Origin: Octopus bimaculoides
Taxonomy: Eukaryota
Direction of reading: 5' to 3'
Assembly (NCBI RefSeq): GCF_001194135.2
Contig: NC_068981.1
Coordinates: 52,495,452-52,559,451, forward strand
DNA: 64,000 nt
Part shown: positions 39,085 to 52,637 of the stretch, in pieces
Numbering within the stretch: the stretch's first letter is position 1
Layout of the letters: every line of letters starts with the position of its first letter
Translations under genes and position numbers: made by a program
Notes under the pieces: generated by a model
The model's input: only the letters and a program-made list of their open reading frames with translations
What the model was told of the DNA's origin: nothing
The model's database searches: none

Positions 39085-39885
39085 AATAATAAATAATAAT
39101 GATAATGAAATTATTGTGTATAGTGCTGAGGTGCACTACAATTTATCAAAAGTACATGTACAGTACATACAATTATGTACAAAAGTCAGGAAAGTGAACA
39201 GTGTATGAGTCATGATATACATGTGTGCATGCGTATGGAGGTGGGGATATCAGGTGTAGTGTTGGCAAATTTCAGGAAGCATGGCGGTTTTAAGGGAAGC
39301 AATGTCTCGGCAACTAACAACTGATGCCAGTAGTTTGTTCCATGCTTCAGCAACTCTGAGTGTGAAAAAATGTTTCTGAAAGTCATGGGAGCTGTGCTGT
39401 TTTCTGACTTTGTAGGAGTGCCCATGTGTGTTAGACACATGTAGCTCAAAAAGGTGGTTGTTGGCGCAATGGTTAATAATTTTGTGGGTGTTTACTAAGT
39501 CAGTTGCCAGACGTTGGAACTTCAATGTATCTTTACTCAGGGAAGCAAGGTGTTCAGAGTACAGTAGATGCCTGATTGCGTGTCTCTGAACAGTTTCCAG
39601 GAGGTCATTGTCCTGAGCAAGATAGGTGTTCCAGACTGGTGATGCAAATTCCAAGTGTGGCCACACCATAACCATATACAGCCTTAAATAAACAGCTGGA
39701 GAATGGCCGACAAAGGTCTTGCTGAGTAATGCCAAGACACCCTCGGCTTCCTTGACAATTTTAGAGATGTGCTTTGTCCAGTGCAAATCGCTGCTGACAG
39801 TAATGCCCAAATTACGTTCACAAGAAGACTTCTTGTTCCAAATATTACACACTATTAGAAAAGCTACCATCCTGCTTTATTAACA
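39085..39885 (-). mobile_element. 5'-truncated CR1-clade LINE
   Basis: ORF 39250-39870 (LGITVSSDLHWTKHI...PHLEFASPVWN...FFTLRVAEAWNKL) and (ATT)n-like tail near 39085-39110. Confidence 0.85.
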
Positions 39886-41380
39886 ACAACTTAAGCATTA
39901 TCTTGTTGAACATGAAAGAGGTGGTGGAAGATAAAGGAGAAAAATAATTTCAAAAGCAATTCTGAAATGGTTAATTGATATAAAGAAATTAAAAAATTCA
40001 TTAAGAAAAAAATTAAATGTAATTATATAATGAAAAATGAAGGTGAATTCATTGTTTCTAATCAGAACAACTAGTTTATGAATCCTTTTACAACAGCTTT
40101 ATATTTATAATACCATCATTTAACATCCTTGTTCTATGTTGGCATGAACTGGACAGTTTCATGAGGATCCAATGAGTCAAAGGGCTACATTGTGCACCAG
40201 TGTCTGCTTTGGGATGGTTTCTATAACTGGTTGCCCTCCCAAAGTCAACCACTTTACAGTGGGTACTGGGAGATTTTCTTCATGCTACCAGCAGTATTTG
40301 AGGTTGCTGTGTAGCTCAAAACTCTACAAGCCTGAGGAGGAGTATGTGTGCTGCATCCTTACGTTAGATGGGGTTTAAGGTACGAGGGAAGAGGCTGGGG
40401 TAAAGCAGGTTTTGTTATAGAGAAGCTACATGACTACTCACATTTAGGAGAGACAGTGAGAATGAACTGGTGGTATCTCCAAAGAAAGAGATAGTGGTGA
40501 TGAGGTGTCTAGGTGCACCTCATGTAAAAAGAGTAGTAGTGGGAAGGGTTTGCAAGAGTGTATGGGAGAAGAGCTAGAGGAAGTGGGAAAGATTGGGAGG
40601 GGTTGCATCATTTGGAGAGGCTACAGGGATGCTAACAGCAGGGTAGAAATGACCTGTTTGTTAAAAATCTAACTTCAGAGAGAAAAAAAATGTATTGATT
40701 GTTCTATGTAGTTCACTCTGAAGGCCTAATCAACATACAATACTGATTTTTCAAAATTGATAAAGTTTAACATAAAAGTTATTATTTTAGACAAAAATTA
40801 CAATTTTTTTCTTTTGCTTTTCTTTCCAGTCAGTTGTATGATGGGAGAAAAAGGGTGATATGTTTCAATTACAGAAAGGGATGACGTTTTTTTTAATCCC
40901 AGATCAATATTTAAGGTTTAATTTAGTTTATGATTTACCAGAAAATAAAACTGCCATGATAAAATTATTGGGAAATGTTAAATGATTTAAAAATACAGAC
41001 ATGTCTATGTAAAAAATAAAAAAAATCAACAACAAAAAACCCAAAACAGAGTCAAGCTATTAAAATGTGTTTCTACTTCACAGAGTTAAAACCATTTTAT
41101 ATATGTTGATCATTCAAGTAACTAAAGAATTTAACAGACTATTCATACTTCCAAGGTCTCCTTGCTTGACTCTCATTCATCTACATCCATAGGAAAAGAA
41201 AATACATATAGTATGGAAAGCAATTTTATGAAAATTAGGGCTCTGTCGTCATACTGAATGAACAACTACTTGAAAAGGTGAATCATTTCAAAACTTAGGC
41301 TTCCTTTTAATTAAGGGATGGTTATTTATTATAGCAAAATAGAAAAGTGGTGACCCTGGATATTCTAGCTGCAACCAGTC

Positions 41381-41440
41381 TATATGTTATGTATCTGAAA
41401 TCAATGTGTCTATATATTATGTACCTGAAATCAATGTGTT
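41381..41440. repeat. Tandem duplication, 2 x 30 bp
   Basis: tatatgttatgtatctgaaatcaatgtgtc / tatatattatgtacctgaaatcaatgtgtt. Confidence 0.85.
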
Positions 41441-42259
41441 TATACAGTTGAAGCTATGAAAGTTATTGGTTGTCATTTATCTTCATGAATTGAATCCTAA
41501 TGGCATGAACAAACGTTAAATGTTAAACACAGACATTTTAATCATAAAACACTTTTTAAATCTTATAAACAACAACTCTATAAAAAGGGAGTGGGGGGAG
41601 ATAAAAACAAAATCACCACATCTAATTGTCTAAAATGAGTTAGTAATAAGATTAAAAACTCTTAGAAAATCTTGAATTTTGCAGGAAACTGAAAGTACGT
41701 ATCACATTCACTGACAAGATGAAGAGTTATCAAGAGTTATTGATACATCACACAATATAACTTTCTATTCAAAATTTATGTTCAAAACTACAACGAACAG
41801 TTGAAAGCAACCATTGAAATGCAAAGTTATAAATTGTGTCTTTCAAACCTACCACAATTAATGAGGACTGTGAATCACATAAACTAATTAAAGACATAGT
41901 CAGGACACCTTACAAACTCACTATTGTCACAGGTTGAATGAGTTGATATAATTCCCAATTTTTATGCACTTAATTTTTTTGAATTTATATATATATGCCT
42001 CATCTTCAAAATGCCTAGTTTACAATAGAGGCAGCTGATGAAGGAAAAGTTCCATAAGTGGCTCGTCTGTTTTCCTATGTGTTCATTCTGTTGTCCGTAA
42101 AAAAAGTCCATTTTTTTGTACTTTGTTTATGTTCCCGTTCCTTTTTTGACGTCCTGTACCCGGATATGCATTTTTATATACATGTAGATGTAGGTATGTA
42201 CATATATGTATGTATACATGCATATGCTCATATATCATTTGTATTATATATATATATGT

Positions 42260-42302
42260 GGAGGTGCAATGGCCCAGTGGTTAGGGCAGCGGACTTGCGG
42301 TC
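42260..42302 (+). mobile_element. tRNA-like SINE head running into gap 42303-42444
   Basis: ggaggtgcaatggcccagtggttagggcagcggacttgcggtc (A-box and tRNA-like arm). Confidence 0.6.
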
Positions 42303-43729
42303 NNNNNNNNNNNNNNNNNNNNNNNNNNNNNNNNNNNNNNNNNNNNNNNNNNNNNNNNNNNNNNNNNNNNNNNNNNNNNNNNNNNNNNNNNNNNNNNNNN
42401 NNNNNNNNNNNNNNNNNNNNNNNNNNNNNNNNNNNNNNNNNNNNATATATATATATATATATATAGAGCATAATTGTAATAATTAAACATATATAAATGC
42501 CAAAGGCATGAAGAGTATGATTTACAGATAAAAACATTGAATGAGAAAAATTGTTTATCAAGAATCAAGAGTTCAGTCATCTAGAAAAGAATGGCATTAA
42601 ACATTTAACATGTTGCAATATCCTATTCATAGTTTGTAGATATGTATTTTGACTTTGTTGCAGTAAAGATTTACATGTAATAATATTTTGCATTTACTTA
42701 TTTTAGTAAAGATGGGATAGGGTATTTAAATGGAATCAAACTAAGTACAATGTGTTGAAGTTATAAATTGTTTGTTTTCTTCTTTAAATAAAAAAAGCTC
42801 CCCACCCACCAATCGAGAATAATAGTGAAGATAAACTGTGGTAGCAAGATCAAATTTAATTCAAACATTCAGTTTGTTTAATTTTGATATTCCTCAATTA
42901 TAAAATAAGGAAATATATTTGCAGAGAGAAAAAAAAAGCACAAATGGTGCCAAATTATAAGAATAGTAAAAAAAAAAAAAAGAAGAAATTAAATAAATAA
43001 ATATAATAAATAAGTAAGTAAATAAGCACAATTAAGCAAAACATGCAGAATTGAATAAGAAGGTCCTGAAAAGAATTTTAGAAAATGACAAACAACAATA
43101 AAACAAGAACATAAGCAAACTTTGAACCTACATTGAATGTTAAGTATTAATCTATAATTAACTAAAATTATAATTTCTAATAATTCAATGCAGCTTTGGA
43201 TTAGGTAAAATAAGTTAGAGCTTCAAAAAACTATTATTAATAAAATAAAACCAGCATTTTTCATACTGATTGATTTAAAAGCAATGTTTTATATTTCTGA
43301 GTTTAACCAAGAACTAGTTTTTAGTATTAAAAACGTTAACAAACAATATATATATATATGTGGTAAGTTGCAGAGCACCAACCAACACTGACTCATTGCA
43401 CTAGATTAATTAATTAGTTTAACATATTTCTCTTGGCTGACAATTATTTTGTAAACTTCAAAAAGTCCATAGTTCCAATACTTGACTGCTCAGCAGATGA
43501 GAGATCTTATCCAACGGGATAAGATGCCAATCTATAGCAAGTAAATTTGCCAAAAGTTCTGATACCTATTCCCAACAGGTGGGAACTAATGAACAAAGAA
43601 TAAAGAAAGCAAGTTAAAGCTAGTTATGATAATTTGGTAACAGGATAATGATTTTCATCACAATGATGAATATTCCTAGTATTTACTGTAATAAAAAAAA
43701 GAATCCAGAATATGAAACTGGCATAATAT

Positions 43730-44120
43730 TCTTTTACTTGTTTCAGTCGTTTGACTGCAGCCATGCTGGAGCACCATCTTCAGTTGAAGAAATCGACCCC
43801 AGGACTTATTCTTTGCAAACCTAGTACTTATTCTATTGACCTCTTTTGCCGAACCGCTAAGTTATGGGGATGTAAACACACCAACATCGGTTGTCAAGCA
43901 ATGGTGGGGGGACAAATACAGACACACAAACATACACACACACACACATACATATACTATGGGCTTCTTTCAGTTTCCATCTACCAAATCCACTCACGAG
44001 GCTTTGGTCAGCCTGAGGCTATAGCAGAAGACACTTGCTCCAAGGTGCCACGCAGTGGGACTGAAACTGTAACCATGTGGTTAGGAAGCAAGCTTCTTAC
44101 CACACAGCCACACCTGCACC
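43730..44120 (-). mobile_element. tRNA-derived SINE (family A); a partial copy follows at 44237-44400
   Basis: Reverse complement of the 1041-1418 family. Confidence 0.85.
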
Positions 44121-45185
44121 TAGAATAATAAAACACTAAGAATAAGATTCAGTTATATAACTTATCTACACAATAATTTTCCCTGCAACGTATTTTTAGT
44201 CGAATGAATCAACTCCAATACTTTATACATATTTAAGACAGGCTTCTTTCAGTTTCCATCTACCAAATCCACTCACAAGGATTTGGTTGGCTTGGGGCTA
44301 TATTAGAAGACACCTGCCCAAGGTGCTATGCAGTGGAACTGAACCCAGAATCATGTTGTTGGAAAGCAAGCTTCTTACTACACAGCCACACCTATGCCTA
44401 TTAACATTTTTCATTGCGATATCTCTATCAATATAAAGTTACTTTGAATTTAAATACATTTATTATTATGATAAACTTAGTGATCTATTTCAGACTGAGA
44501 AAAATAATGATTAATCACAATATTTACACAGGAAAGATGATTAGATAAACTCAGTATATTCTTGTTATTTTATTGACCTAAGAGCGATGAGCAAAGTTGG
44601 CTCTGGAAATCAGAAGAATAAGGCACCAAATGAAATACTATAACACAACTGGAAGTGCTTTAGTATTGGCCCTCATACATTTAACTAGAGAATTAGTGCA
44701 ATAATGTCAGTAAAAGTATTTTCTGCATTATTTATCCAGTTAGTATATACTGTCATTTAAACATATGGTATTTATTTTAGAAAACATATGGCATTTATGC
44801 TCAGGTCATAATTTATAAGAATATTCAGCACATTCTATTTCAGAAGTTACAGAATTCATATTGGTAGTATGAATTCATTGGTAATTGGTAAGTTACAGAA
44901 TCCATATTGGTAGTAAGAGTTTAAATTTCATAACTAGATAATATCAAATAAAATATAGTATTTCAACCATTATGGTTTCTATTTCATTAACTTTAAGTAG
45001 AAAATCTCAAAATACCACTTTATGACAACCCTCATTTTAATTTTACTTAAATGGTTTCAAAAACAAAGTGAACTTACGCATCACCTTCCACTCACAGAAT
45101 AAAGTTCCTAAATACTTTAATGCAGAACTGAGTAGAACATGAGAAAAATAATTATGGTTGTTTCGTTTGCTATTTAATTGAATTG

Positions 45186-45216
45186 TAGCTCAGTTGGTAG
45201 AGCAGAAAACTGTAGT
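45186..45216 (+). pseudogene. tRNA-Tyr-like 5' fragment (D arm plus anticodon loop only)
   Basis: tagctcagttggtagagcagaaaactgtagt vs eukaryotic tRNA-Tyr TAGCTCAGTTGGTAGAGCGGAGGACTGTAG; no T arm or acceptor stem. Confidence 0.45.
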
Positions 45217-46330
45217 CTGTAGTGTAATTAAATATCAAAAGATATGTCCAGTAGAGCAAAGTAAATATATTACTTTTTGTATTATGTTAATACAAAGTAT
45301 TTAATCTCTCCTAAACTATAAAAAAATAACTAATAATGACTTATCCTGGGGATGTTGTTTTTCAGAATAAATTAGCTCCAATAATTCAATATTTTTTCAT
45401 AATCAACCTTTTAATATATAATCTAATGTAATTTAAAACTGAACATCATTAAAATTGTTGTTCAGCATTTTATTTTCAGTTTTATAGTGGAAAACCATCT
45501 CTTCCAAGTATTACTGCTAACATTTATGAAAATATTGAGGAGACATTTCTAATGTAATTGAAGAAAGATATTTTTTTTGTTTAGAATAAAAGAATGCAAT
45601 GGGCTAACAGAAAATGCTCAATTATATCCAAACCAGCTTTAAAAACTACTTTAAACTTTCTTCTGAACAAAATTCTAAATAATCTGGATTATTTAAAACC
45701 AATAGTCAATATCTGGTATTGCTCAAGTTAGCGATATTATGAGAAAGTAATATAAAATTTAATAACTAAAACTGAACACTTTTAAATAACAATTCTAATG
45801 AATGAAGCAGGAACTAGTTTTTATTATACAAATGAGTGCAGCAGGAATAATTTCAAATGTGTATAACATCTCACTATTAGCTGCATTTTCTAATAGATAT
45901 AGGCAGCTCAGATTAAATATAGAAAAAAAGGGAAATGATTATTTTACATTCAGTGTCAAGTAACACTCAATTTCAGATGTGAGTGAGCTGTGAAAGTGGA
46001 CTTCAACATAAACCACTTTTTAATAACCTTGTATAAACATACAAATAGTGAGTGACTAACATACGAAATCACATTAGATTATTAGATTTATATATTATCA
46101 TGAACACCGAGATAAAATGTGCCAGTGAACATAAAAGTTGCATTTAGAAACTAAAGCACGCCTAATGCTATTGCAATAGCAACAACTAAAACACATACGT
46201 TGCGATACTATATTAGGTACAGACATAAAGGGAAAAAGAAGAGTTTGGGTAAAGAACAACAGGCAAATGGAGACACTATAAGACATGAAAAAAAAAAAAA
46301 CAGAAAGCAGAAAATAATTTAGTTACATAC

Positions 46331-46360
46331 CTTGAAGAATTTACCGCTTTTTAAGTCTTT
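46331..46360 (-). CDS. SEPTIN7: Candidate 30-nt microexon KDLKSGKFFK
   Basis: Acceptor tattttattttcaacctttcag, donor AAG|gtatgt, phase 0/0, no stop; lies in the phase-0 intron between the 96-nt and 97-nt exons. Confidence 0.6.
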
Positions 46361-48718
46361 CTGAAAGGTTGAAAATAAAATAGTGTGCAAGATCCAACTT
46401 AGCAGACAGCTAATTCTTCACTTCCCAGATAGGTATGAGATAAGATACTTTTAGAAATGTGAAAACCAACTTAATATTTCGGAGATTTTTTTCAACTTCT
46501 ATAAGTTTTTAAGCATATAGATATTGTTGAATAGAATTACTGCATATATGTGTATGTCTATGTATACTTGTACACATATGCATGCACACCGATTTAAATA
46601 ATTAAATGATATTAAAATGAAACAGTTCTGAATTGATAAATAATACAATTTCTGTACTTCATCAAGAATAGTATATAAAAACAAAATGTATATTAAGAAA
46701 TGAAGACAGATGTTTGTTAAATAATAGTGAAATGCAACTTTTGTCATAATAATAATTAGAGATGAAACCGAAGTATCGCACAAGAGTAAGATTTTATAAT
46801 ACAATTAGTATGAGAACCTCAATAAAAAATCAAGCTAAATAGTAAGATTTCTTTAATCATCTACAGCTACAATCATTGTACATTAATAAAAGTTGTAAGA
46901 GTTTTCTTCTAAAAACTAAAGAAAAAAGAACGAAAATTTCCCTATTATACAGAGATATGAACTGATAAAGATAAAATTCAAAAGCATCCATGTTTCCACA
47001 CATTACTACATTTTCTAACCCAACTTCTATTTATCTAGTTATTAATAATAGGTGGAATAGAATACTAATCAAATATAAAGAGCTAGTTCAATAACTCAGT
47101 CTTGCAACTACATAACTTGAAATTTAATTATAGGCCTATATGTTTAAAATATATTATTGGTAGAGCAGTTAGAAACAAAAATTATGGACAGTCTTACTTT
47201 TGACACTATTTCTATAAGTGAGATTTTTTCAAATTGTCTTTTGGCAATACATATCCTGTGGTTAGGCTTGAACTTAATGTATTTATTTTAAAATCTAGCC
47301 AGCCACAAGGTCCTGAATAAAAGCTCCTGAATGGCTAAGAGTATATAAAGTGTGCTTAAAATAAAAGTTATAGAAATATGGCGTGAAGACAATCAGTTTG
47401 ATCATTCAAAAGGAATAGGTAAAAGAAAATACAAAAAAAAAAAACAAACCCAAAAAACCACAACAAACTTAAATTAAATTTAAATGAATCTAAGATAACT
47501 GAAAATATAGTAAAACAATATTTTAAAAAAAGTCAACACTAATGGTAGTTTCTAGCAGTGTTAGTGTAAAACTGTTTAATAATACACCAACATCATTTCA
47601 ATAACAGCAAATGAGTTATAGTAAGGCAGAAAGTTATAAGGCAGAAAGCTATTATATTAATGTTATTAGTACAAATAGCAAAGCAGGATGATAGTTTAAA
47701 AGTTGGCAAAATTTGAAGTAATATACTAGAATAGCATATATTAAAAACCCATTAAATCAATTAAACTAATGAAGGGGAAAAAAAAAGTTTGGTTGCTAAA
47801 TATTTGCCACAAAATACTAAGCATTCATTAATGCTACTTCAGGCAAAGTTTTAAAACAGGGACATAATTTTGTTAAAAGTGTCAAGAATGTTATATACTT
47901 AATCATATCTATTAATACAATTTTAAATTAATGACTTGGATAAGTTTCCCCCAGTTTCATCACTAAATATTTTGAAGTATCTTAATAAATATTAGTAAGT
48001 ACATTGTGGAAGAGTCATAGCTTTTTATGAACACAAAAATCTATATTCAAAAATCTTTCATTTCTTTTTTAATTCTAGTTTATTCTGAAATGTCAACAAT
48101 TTCCGTTACCCTTCTATGACTTGGTCACTGTTACAATTTCAGTGCACAATTGTATCAGGAAGCAGGTCAGAGAAGTGCAGTGTTGAGACTTCATAACAGA
48201 CTGTGGTATGAAAGAATGTGAAAGTGAATATAGCTCTGCAAAAATGTAGCTGTTTCAGTTTCAGCATAAGATCTCGGATCAAGTCATCTGCCAAAAAGTA
48301 TGACACTGGAATTAATAAACTTTATAATTCACTCATATAAATTTAGATAAGTTGAGGATAAAAGTAGTACCATATTAGACAATCCTAGGCAATTTGAAAT
48401 GCAATTGTTTTTAGATAATTAAAAGAATAAATAAGCAAAATAAAGCTAAACATAAAAAAATATTGAAGTATATAGGGTGGCAGAATTTTGAAATAGTCCT
48501 AAAAATTCCACCTGCAATACAAAACCTGCAAAACATAACTTCGGAAGATTTTTTTCAATAAAATATATGAACAACTTTATAAACTATATGTAAAAAATAC
48601 TCTCATATTCAAATAAGTACTTTTATGACATGGAGGTGGGGAGCAAAATAAATCACCACAAATATTTAAACAAAGAAAACAATTATTAACAAAGAAATAC
48701 AGTGTAGAATAAACAAAC

Positions 48719-48814
48719 CTTTAGTAATTTCTTCTGCAGTTTGTTTTCCTCTTCATCATCACATTCAGGAAACTCATAGATTTTAATTTTATGCTGCGCT
48801 ATTTCATTTAAAAT
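48719..48814 (-). CDS. SEPTIN7: Septin-7 exon: [32 protein letters not shown]
   Basis: 96 nt, cttatgcag / AAG|gtttgt. Confidence 0.96.
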
Positions 48815-51121
48815 CTGCATAAGATAAGTCAGAAGAGATCATGGAATGGAGACAATGAATATATTCTTTGACATAATTTCATTCATTCTACAAATGTACA
48901 TAATATAGCTAACGTTATAGAATTATTATATTTAATAAAAGATGGTGTTTTCTCTCTCTCACTCACTCAAAATGTATGACAACAGATACACATCCTCTGA
49001 ATAAATATATGAATTGAATAATAAATTAAAAACAGGTGTAAAGATGAAAATTATATTTGTAATAATGAGTGAAGACTCGATCCATTTTCCTATGCATGCA
49101 TTTGAGATCATTAGGTGTTTTTTTTTATATTCACAAAGGCTTTTGTTTCAAGCAACACTTCATGACTAATAGTCAATACGATCTCGTTAATTTTCAAAAC
49201 TCTTTTCTTAATCTCCAACAACAATAGTTACTTATGATTCATAAACATCCAATACCCAGGTTAATTAAATTACATACTCAATTTCTCATCTTAAGTTAGA
49301 TATTTTGTCTTAAAATGCTTAGAAATACCAAAGTTTTTGCTACTCAATTTTGGAACTGTTTTGTTAGATTATCTGCATATAAATTATCATCCAATGTTTT
49401 AAAAAATTTTTTATTTCCATAGAAAAAAGAATTATCCCCCTTGTTTTAAAAAACTAAAGGAAACAGAAAATGCAAGGGAGAGATACAAGCTTCAAGTTGC
49501 AATTTTATCTTGTATGAATAATGTTAGCTTCTTAATTCAGTTTAAACATATTAAACTCTTACAATCCTAAAATGCATAAAACTGCAACCAATCACTTTTG
49601 TGCATGAGGGACAAAGTCTAGCTTCATTCTGAATTCTATAAAGAATTTCTTGTCACATGGTTTCCTGTTCACATTTAATCGAGTGAATTTCTCTGGATTT
49701 TGCTTCCTTCAATTTATGAACATAATGGCAATGAATACCTCAAGTTAAGTGAATTAGAATTCAGTGACATTATCCATTAATTTAATTAGAGAAAGAGAGC
49801 TTAGACATGGACACAAAGAATTGGAATATTTCAGTTTCATCTATAAACACCAACTAAGTGACATTGGAATTTACTGATTCTGAGCAGGAGTGCAATTACC
49901 ACATAACTGATATGGCTTCAATAATTTTCTTAATAGATAGTAATCTTTAAAAAAAAAAAAAAGTACTGATATATTTTAAATGTGTAGTTTCCAGATTTAT
50001 GAAGAAAACATAATTATTGTAATAAAAGTGAACAACTCTCATTTGTTGAACCTTACAACATCATTGAATGGAGGAAATGAAAACATAGCTTGGAATCCTT
50101 TTTTGAACGTGTAGCTTCAAAGTTACAAAGACTAGCTGGAGCACAATTTCAGCTCTAAAACAGGAAACTGATGCCCAGGAATCAATATCTTGTAACTATA
50201 TGTGAAAACACCTATGTGTAATCAACTTAACTGTATTCAACCTATCTTGGCAGGTGAAAGTGACATGACTAAGTAAAAACCACATTCACAATGTACACCA
50301 ATGGTCGTTATATTGTATCAGTAAACTTCATCCAAATTCATTCCATTGTCATATTTTTATGATTTTTAAACTGGACTAATTACATTTCATCAAAATCTCT
50401 AATTTCTAACAAGACTGGGAGATTTTGAGACAGAAAGAACTATAGAGTTTTAAGAGTTAACATTCAGCTTAGCATTATATAAAATATTCAAATTATCACT
50501 TATAAGATAACATTTTAATGCTTAAATCATCATAGTTAATGAGCTCTTTGCACACTTAGATTGCTCCTATTTGATAAGGACAAAAACTCTTGAGTTTGGT
50601 GCATTTTGCTCTTTTTATTAGGCTACCTGGAAGAGGTTACTTCATTATAATGGTGGTCTAAGCAGGATTTTGAACTTAGGGCTGAACTGAAATAGATACT
50701 CCAAAGCATCCTACTCAACATTCTAATGAATCTGACAATCTGCAACTCTGGAATGGTATTTTATTTAACCCTGGAAGGATGAAAGACAAAACTGATCTCA
50801 GCAGGATTTGAATTCAGAGTGTGGAAATCTAGAATGATTTCAACAGATAGGAAGAGGCTATTTATTTCTAAAGTATTTCAATACTTATAATGAATTACAA
50901 ATATACATAGCTCCACATAATATTGTCCAACAACATAGTAAAATCAAATTTAGGTTTTTCATTGTTATACATGTGTATTCTGGATTTTAGAATAGATACA
51001 TCATATCCAGTTATAAAACACTCTCATCCAACCCATATCAGTATGGAAAATAGATGTAAAAATGACTGTTGTATTGAAATCATGAAAGAATAAATACAAA
51101 ATAAATACAAAAAAAACTTAC

Positions 51122-51239
51122 AGTTTTCTTGAAATCTCTGCATTCATCTGGTGTCAGTGTATCAGCTTTGGCAACGAGTGGAATAATATTTACTTTATCA
51201 TGAAGACGTTTCATGAATTCAACATCAAGCGGTTTCAGT
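51122..51239 (-). CDS. SEPTIN7: Septin-7 exon: [39 protein letters not shown] (G4 motif AKAD)
   Basis: 118 nt, ctacttcag / gtaagt. Confidence 0.97.
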
Positions 51240-51350
51240 CTGAAGTAGTTAGAGAAACAATTATTTTATTACAGATGAGCTTTCTTCTTTATGACAAATA
51301 TTTAGTTTTGCTATATATTACCAATTAAAACTGTTGAAATTATTACTCAC

Positions 51351-51485
51351 CCATGACCTGTGGGAGCAATGAAATATAAGCAACAATGGACTCTGTTGTC
51401 AGGCATAATGGTTCGGTTAACCCTGGATTCTGAGTTGAGATATTCTTCATATTTAGTGTCAATGAAATCAATTACAGGCTGCCAA
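51351..51485 (-). CDS. SEPTIN7: Septin-7 exon: [44 protein letters not shown]
   Basis: 135 nt, ttcttcaaaag / gtgagt. Confidence 0.97.
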
Positions 51486-51716
51486 CTTTTGAAGAATTGG
51501 AAAAAAAAAAAATTGTATTAAAATATTGTAAAAAGACAAAACTAGAAACTAAACTAAAGCCCGCTATAATGACCTGTTGCATAGATTCGGAAGACAGGGA
51601 AATAAGATCGTGTTGTGCAACACACACTTTTTAGTGTTAGCTATTCAAGTGGAAAGAGAATTAAAAACCCATGTCAAACTCTTTATTTCTTAAATCCATT
51701 TTCATTTATTCAGATG

Positions 51717-51915
51717 GCTGCTGGCAAAATTGTTAGCATGCCAGACAAAATGCTTAGTGTATGCCCTGTGTTCAAATTCTGCCAAGGTCAACCTTGCTTT
51801 TCATCTTTCCAGGATTAATAAAATTAAATACCAGTCAAGTACAGGGGTTGATGTAATCAACTTTTCCCCTCCTTCAAAAACCACTGGCTCTGTGCCAAAA
51901 TTTGAAACCAATTAT
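51717..51915 (+). mobile_element. tRNA-derived SINE (family B)
   Basis: Similar to 14431-14627. Confidence 0.8.
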
Positions 51916-52536
51916 TTTTCAATTTGTTAGTCATTTTCCAAACACCAGCTTAATTCTGAAAGCATGATGTATTTTACTAAATCCCATAAAATTTTTGAAA
52001 CAGTGTTTGTCAATGGAAATATTGCTGTATAAAATTAATTGAAACAGAGGTTTCACTGGAAGTATTGCAACAAAAGTTAGAATTAATAAAGTTATTTTTC
52101 TTATGATACAATAGCATGGATACATTGTCATCAATAACATTCTAAAGTCTATCTTTTCATTGTCATGAACTATGGAAAGGTTAGCTATATAGCATATCTC
52201 CATTTAACTCAAGCTTTTATGAGGACCAGCATCTTGAGATCTGACCACACTACTCCTTCCTATATCTCCCTTTTCCAATGGTACTTTCTACCAAGAGCAC
52301 ATGCCCTGTGTGCATTTGCATTACATGTTTATTTATTCTTTAAGGTCACTTGTGCTTCATCTTTTATGTAAGCTAGCATCACATATCTAACAGGTCATGA
52401 TTACATCATTAATCTCCAAATCCTTTCCAGTCAATGATCCTATCTCAACTGCTGCATCACACTTCTTACACATGTTACATAGAGTCTTGCCAAAATATTC
52501 AATGTTTTTCAAATACAAAATGGAATAGATTCATAC

Positions 52537-52637
52537 CAATTGCTGTTGTCAACTGCATCTCCAAAACCTGGTGTGTCAACAACAGTTAAACGCAATGAAA
52601 CACCATTTTCTTTAAGGAGTACTTGAGTTGTGTCAAC
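52537..52637 (-). CDS. SEPTIN7: Septin-7 exon: [33 protein letters not shown] (G3 motif DTPG)
   Basis: 101 nt, tttatag / gtatga. Confidence 0.97.

Larger units (their letters stand above)
15935..52637 (-). other. SEPTIN7: Septin-7 gene, 3' part (10 constitutive coding exons, 1029 nt = 342 aa + stop, plus 3' UTR)
   Basis: Exons join in phase and carry DTPGFGD (G3), AKAD (G4), the septin unique element ([14 protein letters not shown]...[10 protein letters not shown]) and a C-terminal coiled coil typical of the SEPT7/Pnut group. Confidence 0.95.

Noticed and set aside
41149-41180. 32-nt segment with good acceptor and gtatga donor (MNESQARRPW)
   Set aside because: Frameshifting with no compensating partner found; such pairs are expected by chance in an 11-kb intron
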